Positions 26,506 to 33,859 of a stretch of DNA of 64,000 nt are shown here, piece after piece. Positions within the stretch are counted from its first letter, which is position 1, and every line of letters begins with the position of its first letter. The DNA is from a virus, in the IMG/VR virus record IMGVR_UViG_3300012944_000005; one strand, 5' to 3'. Made by a program: the position numbers and the translations under genes. A model generated the notes under the pieces. It ran no database searches, had not been told where the DNA came from, and was given only the letters and a program-made list of their open reading frames with translations.

Positions 26506-27225
26506 CTACTGAAAGATCAACCCACCGCGAAACTTAATCACGGCGTCGTGCTTGTCATAAGTTGCCACGTACTCGCCAATCGAGTCTCGATACGTCACAT
26601 AATCGGCCTCGCCGGCGAGGCGCAGGTGGACGCGTCCGAACAGGTGGCGTGTGTACGAATAACCGCCGCGATAACCACGAAGCTGCGAGTTGTTCAGGAT
26701 CGTGGTATCGGCGAAGAGACGGGAGAAGCTCAATTCGTGGCCTTTATCAAGCTCGGCGCCAACGACGAAAAAGGGATTCAGCCCGGCGGCAGGTTCGTCG
26801 TATTCGTGTCCGCCATAGGCGTGCATGGCTTCGTGCGTGAATCGCTGCCTGAAATAGTCCACGCCGCCGCCAATGAACGGGCGAACCTTGCCGATTTCGC
26901 AGCCGATGCGTAGCCGCAACTCAGGTCTGAAGCGGAACTCACCGTTCGGCTTCTTACCCCGATCCGTATCAGAGGTGAAGATCGAATTGAGCGCGACGTC
27001 CGTCGAGTATTCATTGAGGAATCGCGCCTGCAATCCGAGCGGAAACTTGTAGCCGCCTTCGACGTAAACGCCCTTGAATGTTTTGCCGCCGTCCTTCGTG
27101 GCAAGCGGCGAAGGATCGAAAGAAGATGAGCGCGTAAGCATTACGCCGCCACCGATGAATGTTTGAGCGCCGACTGAAACGGCCAGCGCGATAAGAATAA
27201 AACTAAGGGAGAGTGCTGATTTCAT
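26506..27225 (-). CDS. secreted outer-membrane beta-barrel-like protein (moron)
   Basis: Start at ATG 27225. Signal peptide MKSALSLSFILIALAVSVGAQT. Alternating beta-strand pattern rich in Gly/Tyr/Phe. C-terminus ...FRGGLIFQ. Confidence 0.5.
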   Translation of the reverse strand: MKSALSLSFILIALAVSVGAQTFIGGGVMLTRSSSFDPSPLATKDGGKTFKGVYVEGGYKFPLGLQARFLNEYSTDVALNSIFTSDTDRGKKPNGEFRFRPELRLRIGCEIGKVRPFIGGGVDYFRQRFTHEAMHAYGGHEYDEPAAGLNPFFVVGAELDKGHELSFSRLFADTTILNNSQLRGYRGGYSYTRHLFGRVHLRLAGEADYVTYRDSIGEYVATYDKHDAVIKFRGGLIFQ

Positions 27226-27362
27226 TATGTCCTTGGGGGAAATTGGGGCGTTATTAAAGGGCGGGCGTCCTTGCCCCGTGCGACGCCCGCCCGGAATTCT
27301 GACGATGACCGCATCCCCCTCACTTAAGGATTTGGCGCCCGTCAGAATAAGCGAGCCTACGC

Positions 27363-27812
27363 TCACTTTCGGATTCCGATCACGATTGCGATAACTGCCG
27401 CAACGCCTGCGATTAACGCGAACCTCCTCGATCGACTGAGTTTCTTTTCGAGACTTGCGACCCGCGCCGCCTGCTCTTCCTTGATCTTGATGAGTGCCTC
27501 CTTCGCCTCACGCTCGGCCGCGATAACCTCTTCCAGTTTCGCCCCACGCTCGGCTTCCAGCGTTCCGAGCTGCTTGAGCGACTCGATCTCTTTCTTCGCG
27601 AGGTCAATTCTAGCGTCGGCCGCCGCGATCTGGGACTCGTAGCCGGCGATCAGGTTGCGCGCGGCCTTGAGTTCAGCCGCGGCGCCAGAGCAAGCGCGCG
27701 CCAGCCTGCTGCATTCGTCACTGACACGCGTGTCCGAGCTCTGCCAACTGGATGCAAGCGTCGGCAACGGAAATAGGAGTAAAAGAGACAGGGGCATTGC
27801 GAGTGTTTTCAT
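27363..27812 (-). CDS. signal-peptide / coiled-coil / C-terminal TM protein (spanin-like)
   Basis: N-terminal MKTLAMPLSLLLLFPLPTLASS, a central coiled coil, and C-terminal FALIAGVAAVIAIVIGI. The start lies inside the 3' end of the preceding gene in another frame. Confidence 0.45.
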   Translation of the reverse strand: MKTLAMPLSLLLLFPLPTLASSWQSSDTRVSDECSRLARACSGAAAELKAARNLIAGYESQIAAADARIDLAKKEIESLKQLGTLEAERGAKLEEVIAAEREAKEALIKIKEEQAARVASLEKKLSRSRRFALIAGVAAVIAIVIGIRK

Positions 27813-28155
27813 AGGCTTCCTTTAGGGGCGTTACGGAGCGCCGGGCGTTTCGGAGATTGGTTTCAGCGGCGTCCGCTCTGGCTTGCAGGTCGCGCAGTTC
27901 GGACTGTTTGGCATCGAGAATGCGCTCAATGGCGCTGGCCTGCTGTTCAGCCTCTTGCGCCTTCGCCTCTGCGTCTTTGACTTGCTGTTCCATTGCTTGG
28001 ACGTGCTTCTCGTATTTGCCCGCCTGCCACTTCTCGACGCCGGCACGGATCGCGAAGAAGACCAGCAGGGCGGCCACCATAGCCGCCCCTATCTTGATCA
28101 ACTTCGCGCCCGTACCGCCGAAATAAGCCGACAGTCTTTGTGAAAGACTTGGCAT
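27718..28155 (-). CDS. i-spanin-like protein (N-terminal TM plus coiled coil)
   Basis: TM segment IGAAMVAALLVFFAI followed by an Ala/Glu/Gln-rich coiled coil. Rz-like architecture. Confidence 0.45.
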   Translation of the reverse strand: MPSLSQRLSAYFGGTGAKLIKIGAAMVAALLVFFAIRAGVEKWQAGKYEKHVQAMEQQVKDAEAKAQEAEQQASAIERILDAKQSELRDLQARADAAETNLRNARRSVTPLKEAYENTRNAPVSFTPISVADACIQLAELGHACQ

Positions 28156-28158
28156 GGG

Positions 28159-28632
28159 TTACTCCGGAAGATTGAGAGTGATTGCGGTTATGGCAGCGGG
28201 ATCGCCAACCGTGACCGTCACCTGCGTGGCGCCTGTCGCGACCATATTGTTAGCCGCATCGAACAGGCGCGCGGTCACATTTGCCTGAGATTCAGTGCCA
28301 TCGGGGTTCGGACCACCGACGTGGGCATGAATGAATCGCGGATCGGCCGCGTCCTGCGTCACTTCGAAGGCGGCCGGGTTATCGCTTGTCACCATCAGCG
28401 TGTGCCCGACAGGCACTGGCGCATCGGGAATCATATTTCCCTCGCTGTCGGCTGCGTTGATTGAGACTCTGAAGTCAAAATCGGCTCTATCGGATTTGTA
28501 GGTTGGCATGGTTCCAAGTTCTCCTAAATTGAGTTTGAAGGTGAACCGTGCGGCGCTCTCGATCAGCACGAGCCTTTCGAGCGCGTCCGCGATTCGGTCG
28601 AGGTGTGAAATTGTGATTGGCAGTTCGATCAT
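28159..28632 (-). CDS. hypothetical Ig-like domain protein
   Basis: 157 aa. The C-terminal half is beta-rich (TVTVGDPAAITAITLNL). Confidence 0.4.
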   Translation of the reverse strand: MIELPITISHLDRIADALERLVLIESAARFTFKLNLGELGTMPTYKSDRADFDFRVSINAADSEGNMIPDAPVPVGHTLMVTSDNPAAFEVTQDAADPRFIHAHVGGPNPDGTESQANVTARLFDAANNMVATGATQVTVTVGDPAAITAITLNLPE

Positions 28633-28943
28633 TTTGTTTCGTCGTGATTCCCGACGCCGTTGATCCAGCCGAAGAGAAAGAGGTTAAGCCAGACAATTCC
28701 CGTGCATCGCACAAGTTGCCCAAGAATCAGCGCGGCGATCGCCCACCAGACGATTTGAGGCCGGGGTCCAAATCCAAGCGTGAGCAAGCCGAATAACGAC
28801 TGCACGGCGTTGGCGAAGAATGAGATCGACACGTAGCGGCCCCAGCGGTGTTTCAGCTTGTAAAACTTGACGGCCGCATAGCCATTGCCGAGTAGGTAGA
28901 TAGCCTGCAATAAAATTATGAAGTTGTAGACAAGAATAATCAT
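28629..28943 (-). CDS. multi-pass membrane protein (holin-like candidate)
   Basis: 104 aa with 3-4 hydrophobic segments. Overlapping start/stop with neighbours. Confidence 0.4.
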   Translation of the reverse strand: MIILVYNFIILLQAIYLLGNGYAAVKFYKLKHRWGRYVSISFFANAVQSLFGLLTLGFGPRPQIVWWAIAALILGQLVRCTGIVWLNLFLFGWINGVGNHDETK

Positions 28944-29308
28944 TTGCCGTTGTTGTTTCGAACCTGCTGATCCAGGCTATCGAGCTTCTCGGCGATCTTG
29001 GTCTGGGTCTTCATCGACTCTTTATGCGTTTGGTCGACCATCACGCTTTGGGTTCTGAGCGCCGCCATAAACACCTTGCCCTGATCTTCGAACCGGCGCG
29101 CGTTGTCTTCGCGCTCCTGTCTCAACGCCTCCGTGAACAGCTTTCCCTGCTCTTCCCAGCGTTGAAGGTTTTCCTTTCGCTCGATGTCCGCGGCATCCAG
29201 TCGCTTTTCAATGGCCGGCCACATTTTCTTGTAAAGAAAGAGGCCGAGCGCCACCAGTACTAACACCGCGATCCCGTTTTTCGAGGCTATCTCGATCCAT
29301 TGCTCCAT
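28940..29308 (-). CDS. N-terminal TM plus coiled-coil protein
   Basis: IAVLVLVALGLFLY TM segment followed by a charged coiled coil. Confidence 0.4.
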   Translation of the reverse strand: MEQWIEIASKNGIAVLVLVALGLFLYKKMWPAIEKRLDAADIERKENLQRWEEQGKLFTEALRQEREDNARRFEDQGKVFMAALRTQSVMVDQTHKESMKTQTKIAEKLDSLDQQVRNNNGK

Positions 29309-29460
29309 TGGTCCTTTGATAGTTTTCTGGGTTTAACGACAGGTGGAAGGGTAAAGGAAAGGCATGCCTTATTTTGGAAAGCAAAAGAGTGCCCGCCACA
29401 GGCGCCCCTTTTGTCAGTCAACGATGGAGAATAATGGCTGGGCAGTGGAACAAGGAAATA

Positions 29461-29880
29461 CTATTCGGTTTTCGACTGATATTTTTCGCTTACAAAATAG
29501 AGCGGTCTGCGCGCACCACGGGCGGCTTCGGTCTTGCCTCCCTGGCGACGGACTTCGAGAATGTCCCGCTCGACCAGGTCGAAGAGCATCAGATCAAGAC
29601 GGCCAGCCGAAAGCAGCGTCTCTTCAGCGATATGCTCCGGATCGTTGGCGCCGTTCTGTACGACCTCGACAATGTCCACTTCATCCGGCGTCAGCGCCGC
29701 CATCAAGTCGCCGTATTTCGCCTCCTGCTCGCGAATCAGCTTCCGAATCATCGTTGAGAGCCACGCCGATTGCGAGCGAGCGCCGGTGAGAGCGACCGCG
29801 CGGCGGAATTTCGTTTGGATAGATTTCGGAAGACCTTTGAGCCTGATTGAATTACCTCTCGACATAGTTGTTACCATCAT
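29461..29880 (-). CDS. ribbon-helix-helix DNA-binding protein with C-terminal winged-helix-like domain
   Basis: Start at ATGATG 29880/29877 with GAGGAG upstream. SIRLKGLPKSIQTKFRRAVALTGARSQSAWLSTMIRKLIRE fits a beta-alpha-alpha RHH pattern. Confidence 0.5.
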   Translation of the reverse strand: MMVTTMSRGNSIRLKGLPKSIQTKFRRAVALTGARSQSAWLSTMIRKLIREQEAKYGDLMAALTPDEVDIVEVVQNGANDPEHIAEETLLSAGRLDLMLFDLVERDILEVRRQGGKTEAARGARRPLYFVSEKYQSKTE

Positions 29881-29894
29881 CTCTCCTCTTCCGT

Positions 29895-29918
29895 AAAAAG
29901 CGGGGCCAGTGTCCCCGC
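29895..29918 (-). terminator. rho-independent terminator downstream of the CRISPR array
   Basis: Minus strand reads GCGGGG-ACACTGG-CCCCGC followed by TTTTT (plus-strand A-run at 29895-29899). A second GC-rich hairpin sits at 29921-29940. Confidence 0.55.
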
Positions 29919-29972
29919 GTTGGGGCCGCATGCGGGGCCGCGTTTGTTAAAGTAGCTGACATCAATTCCCAT

Positions 29973-30162
29973 CTTTCTGATAATGTCGGCTCATCCATTG
30001 AACATCAATTGCTACGAGGATTCGCAGAAATGGAGAAGCGCAGGATCAGGTGCTTTCAATGGCTCATCCATTGAACATCAATTGCTACGTTTGAGATCCC
30101 GTATATTCCCCATTGTCGTCACACCCTTTCAATGGCTCATCCATTGAACATCAATTGCTACG
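29973..30162 (-). CRISPR. mini CRISPR array: 3 repeats (37 nt) and 2 spacers (36 nt)
   Basis: R3 (30126-30162) and R2 (30053-30089) are identical: CTTTCAATGGCTCATCCATTGAACATCAATTGCTACG. R1 (29973-30016) keeps 29 nt and is disrupted by 4-nt and 2-nt insertions. Spacers are at 30017-30052 and 30090-30125. Orientation is inferred from the cas gene, the degenerate distal repeat and the terminator. Confidence 0.85.
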
Positions 30163-30170
30163 GCACAAAC

Positions 30171-31817
30171 TCACGCTGCATTCATTGGACTTATAGGCTT
30201 AATAGCCTTCAAAAGCTGCGAGTGGTTAACCGATGCCGAAAACCCCGTCACCGCTCGCAAATAGTCCTGCACGATCCGCAGATAGTAGAGCGCCGCCGTC
30301 GCGTCTTGGTCCTCGACATGACGCTCAGCACACTCGCGGATCAGTTCGTGACCCGGCGCTATATGCTGCCCACACTCATCGCAGGTTTGCGTCGAATATG
30401 CCGCTGGATGACCCTGCAGATCACGCCCGCGTTTCTTCATCGCCTCCGCGATATAACCGCGTAGAGTATGCAAACTAGCCCATTGGCGGCGCTTCTGTGA
30501 TGCCTCACTGATGCGATCATCCACCGTCCGCTCTTGCCATTCGCCCGTCTCTTCGTGCTCTTCCTTCCGCGCCTTCTTGCGCTTTCCAGCCGCCTCCGCC
30601 ATCCGCTTCAGCCCCAAATCGCCTTCCCACGCGACGGTGTCATAGTTGTCGGCGATCCAGGCCGCGATGCAGCGATAGATGTAGTCGCGCGCGGCAATCC
30701 AATCAATCTGCGCGGCCCGGTATCGGCGTAGGTTCGTGTCGTGCCAAAAATGCCAATCCTCCAAAAACTCATATGAGATGCCAGCCTCAAAGAGTGTCCG
30801 CCGTATCCGTTGCAGCCCGCCCGCGCGCATTTTGACGACGCCCGCCATTGACGCGCGCGCCTCGTCGGGCCAAACCGAGCGATCCACACCTGCGAGATCG
30901 ATCTTGCAGGCTTCGAGATGGTCATCCATCTTGCGCTGGGCGTCTCGAATCAGCCGGATATCGCGCAGCATTGGGCGATCGACGACGCCCTGCGATTCGA
31001 GTCGCTTAATGAATTTGCGATCCTGATTGCGGCTCAAGTCGTAAGGCAATCGCAGTTCTCGGAAATCGCCGGCGCTATCCGCTAGCATGCCAATACGAAT
31101 GCAATCGCCCATATCGCGCCATCCGAGATCGAGGCCGGCGACGCGGCCAACGGACGGCGCTTTCGGATGCGGTGGAACCTGCAACGAGAAAACCAGCGAC
31201 CACTTCCATTCAAACGGCCGCTCGTGGAAGCCGGAGAGCGCGATGCCTTTGATCAGTGCGCCATCTGGAAGCGGGCGATCCATCACGATTTCAAATGGGA
31301 TTGTGATTTCATCGTACGGCGTGTGGATCACGAAATGCCCGCGCGTCGGGCCCTGAGCCTCCCGAACATAGGCGCGGTTTTCCGAGTTTGAATGAATCCA
31401 AGTGGTAGGCTCGCTAAAGCTGCCGAACTCCATCGGAAAGAGCATGCGCTCAAGACAGCGCTTTGGCTTCGGCGCGCCACCCTGTCTTTTTGCGAATCGC
31501 TGTTGTGACTTTCGGAATTGCTCATGAACCGTGTAGTAATATCGAAAATTCAGCGCGTCTTTGCTGGCCTTCGCGCGCTCGTACAAAATGCCCCCCTTGC
31601 CATTTTTCGTCAGTTTAGCAAACTGCTCTTTCCGCATCTCCTTGCTGGCGTCTTTGAATGCGCCGCAAAAAGCTTCGTGGCGCTCGGCAAGGTCACTATA
31701 GAGCGCATTCATCGCCTTGCCCGTATCCCAGATTTCTTGGGGTAAGTCGCCAATAATGCGGACGTCGTATTTGTATGCCAGTGTCGGCATGTCCGGGTTG
31801 TTCAGTTTTCTCGTCAT
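30171..31817 (-). CDS. cas12: compact Cas12/TnpB-like RuvC nuclease (type V effector candidate)
   Basis: RuvC-I RVAGLDLGW, RuvC-II DTVAWEGDLGLK, zinc ribbon STQTCDECG...IRECAERH, RuvC-III EDQDATAALYYL. 548 aa from ATG 31817 (alternatives GTG 31880 and ATG 31790). The stop is 8 nt from repeat R3. Confidence 0.8.
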   Translation of the reverse strand: MTRKLNNPDMPTLAYKYDVRIIGDLPQEIWDTGKAMNALYSDLAERHEAFCGAFKDASKEMRKEQFAKLTKNGKGGILYERAKASKDALNFRYYYTVHEQFRKSQQRFAKRQGGAPKPKRCLERMLFPMEFGSFSEPTTWIHSNSENRAYVREAQGPTRGHFVIHTPYDEITIPFEIVMDRPLPDGALIKGIALSGFHERPFEWKWSLVFSLQVPPHPKAPSVGRVAGLDLGWRDMGDCIRIGMLADSAGDFRELRLPYDLSRNQDRKFIKRLESQGVVDRPMLRDIRLIRDAQRKMDDHLEACKIDLAGVDRSVWPDEARASMAGVVKMRAGGLQRIRRTLFEAGISYEFLEDWHFWHDTNLRRYRAAQIDWIAARDYIYRCIAAWIADNYDTVAWEGDLGLKRMAEAAGKRKKARKEEHEETGEWQERTVDDRISEASQKRRQWASLHTLRGYIAEAMKKRGRDLQGHPAAYSTQTCDECGQHIAPGHELIRECAERHVEDQDATAALYYLRIVQDYLRAVTGFSASVNHSQLLKAIKPISPMNAA

Positions 31818-31870
31818 ATGCCCTCCATCTCCCCAACCTTCTCCAGCGAGCGCCCGAAGACGCCGCCATC

Positions 31871-32173
31871 CTATATCCACTGTTTCACGATCCAGCAGAA
31901 GAACAGCGTCAACGCCGGAAGGATAAACCCTCTCACGAATAGCTTGATCATTTTCTGGTTAAACGTCTTATCCTCGTCGTCGCTCTTCGTGTCCTGCCAT
32001 GTCACTAGCCGAATAACAGAGGAAAAACCGATCGCAACTGGCACGCTCAGCCGCGCAATGCCAAATGTCGGCGAGACAAACCATCCCCACACGATACTAA
32101 GAACGTAGCCGTACCAAGTGGACAGCGCCGCCCATGTCGCTATAAAGCCAACAAACATAAACAATGCTTTCAT
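31871..32173 (-). CDS. small multi-pass membrane protein
   Basis: Start at MKALFMFVGFIATWAAL (ATG 32173). Three hydrophobic segments. Immediately upstream of the cas12-like gene. Confidence 0.45.
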   Translation of the reverse strand: MKALFMFVGFIATWAALSTWYGYVLSIVWGWFVSPTFGIARLSVPVAIGFSSVIRLVTWQDTKSDDEDKTFNQKMIKLFVRGFILPALTLFFCWIVKQWI

Positions 32174-32279
32174 ACGTCTTCTCTCCTTTTTGTCGTTTCC
32201 GCTGTCTCCCCCAACCCCGCCGCCGGCTCCCACATCGGGCAGCGGATCGGTTTGAATTCGAGTTCTTGCTGTGAGTTGG

Positions 32280-33485
32280 TCATTTCCCGTTCAGATCCTG
32301 ATAACGATTGATCATGTCGCCTAACACTTGCGCGCATTGCGGGACGACCGCGTTGCCACACGCTTTGAGGGCGGCGACACGCCATCGAGCCAATCCGATG
32401 GAAATCCCATCAATTGCAAAACCCAGCGCGGATTTAAACGCGCTGCGGACTTTACCGACCACACCAGCAAGACCTCCCCGATGTCCTGTATCCGCATCAA
32501 GTATCGAAACTGAGAAAGCAGTGCGCCGGTCAAAGAGGACTCTCGGCTCTTCCCATTCGTGCTGTGGCTCTCCTGGTCGGGCTGGCCATCGCGCAACATC
32601 AGCGCAAGAGTGGGACGATCCGTCGCGCCAGGCGATGCGCTGCGATTGGTTCGCCCTGTGCCTGAATCTATCGCTGTCGGCGTCGGCCAACTGTTCACTG
32701 CCGCCGTCCTGAGCCCATCGCCGCTCTTCGCTGTGGCTCCCTTGCGGTTCGTGTTGCCGTCCACTGTTGGCGTCGGCCACATATTCGCGAATGATTCGAG
32801 GTTGGGCGATTTGCGCTGGCGTTCGGATGGGCAATCCTGATTGATCTGCGCTTTCGGCGTCGGCCATCGCCTCACCGCATAATTCAAATCCACCTGCCGC
32901 TTCTTGCCGTCGGGCGTCTGGCCGGTTGGCGTCATAGATCCGCCCTTCTCTCCGTCCGATGCTCGTGCTGTAGGCCACGAACCACACTCGTTCTCTTCCG
33001 TGCGGCGCGCCAACGTCCTCAGCAGCCAACTCGACGGGCAGGATCTCGTAACCTCTAGCCGCAAACTCACGCGCAAGCCATTCGCTGAATTGAAGTCCCT
33101 CAACGTCGAGGCTAAGCACGCCGCGAGGGTTCTCCGCCAGCAGCCACAGGAGCGGCCGTTCTTGCGCGTCGTTGATTTCAGACACCAGGCGCAAATACTC
33201 AGGCCAGAGCCAGCGATCGTCGGCGGAGCCTCGTCGCTGGCCAGCGACGCTGGCGGGTTGGCAGGGCGGTCCTCCGACAAGCGCGTTAATTCGTCCGCAG
33301 TGATCGGAAATAAGTTTCCCTGTGAGAGTTTTGACATTCGTGTGTCTCCAAATCTTCGGCCAGTGTTTTTCAAGGACAACGTTACAGAACGGCTCAAGCT
33401 CGCACTGCCCGACGCATGTCCAGTTGGCTCTTTCGAGTCCCAAATCGAATCCGCCGATACCTGTGAAGATGCTAAAGAAGTTCAA
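32280..33485 (-). CDS. dcm: DNA (cytosine-5)-methyltransferase, apparently frame-interrupted
   Basis: Frame A has motif I FTGIGGFDLG, motif IV GGPPCQPAS, motif VI ENPRGVL, motif VIII HGRERVWFVA and motif X CGNAVVPQ. The overlapping +1 frame (32321..33397) has the TRD-type WPTP repeats and LMGFPSDW. Confidence 0.6.
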   Translation of the reverse strand: MNFFSIFTGIGGFDLGLERANWTCVGQCELEPFCNVVLEKHWPKIWRHTNVKTLTGKLISDHCGRINALVGGPPCQPASVAGQRRGSADDRWLWPEYLRLVSEINDAQERPLLWLLAENPRGVLSLDVEGLQFSEWLAREFAARGYEILPVELAAEDVGAPHGRERVWFVAYSTSIGRREGRIYDANRPDARRQEAAGGFELCGEAMADAESADQSGLPIRTPAQIAQPRIIREYVADANSGRQHEPQGSHSEERRWAQDGGSEQLADADSDRFRHRANQSQRIAWRDGSSHSCADVARWPARPGEPQHEWEEPRVLFDRRTAFSVSILDADTGHRGGLAGVVGKVRSAFKSALGFAIDGISIGLARWRVAALKACGNAVVPQCAQVLGDMINRYQDLNGK

Positions 33486-33580
33486 GCTCTTTACCTTTGT
33501 ATTGATTCGTAAAGAATCGTTCCTTCGCCTTTTAAAGCCCGCCCTTGCGTTTTACCTACCGGTCCCCTCAGCCCCGCGCC

Positions 33581-33859
33581 CTATCGTTCGCCTAGCGCTT
33601 CGGCTGGCTCAAGGCTGGCCGTCGTGGAAGCGGCTTCAACGTAAAGCCGATGCTGTTCGTCGTACCAGTGGACAGCGGTGCTAGCTTCGTTCATATCCTG
33701 ACCGAATAACTTCGTAGTTTGCGGATAACCCGATGCGATCAGTTCCCGCCCCTTCGTGATCAGTTGATCAAGTGGGATTTTGGTTTCTTGTCCGTTAATG
33801 AAAATCATGGTGGTTACCTCGCCTGCGAGTTGATAGTTTTCATAAAACTGCGCTTTCAT
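33581..33859 (-). CDS. hypothetical protein (92 aa)
   Basis: ORF overlapping the stop of the upstream gene. Confidence 0.4.
   Translation of the reverse strand: MKAQFYENYQLAGEVTTMIFINGQETKIPLDQLITKGRELIASGYPQTTKLFGQDMNEASTAVHWYDEQHRLYVEAASTTASLEPAEALGER

Noticed and set aside
27363-27812. Calling the 149-aa ORF an o-spanin (Rz1-like lipoprotein) or unimolecular spanin
   Set aside because: There is no lipobox cysteine after the signal peptide, so the canonical definitions are not met. It is reported only as spanin-like.
29881-29972. A tracrRNA gene between the array and the RHH gene
   Set aside because: I could not find an anti-repeat segment complementary to the 37-nt repeat. The hairpins there are better explained as the array terminator.
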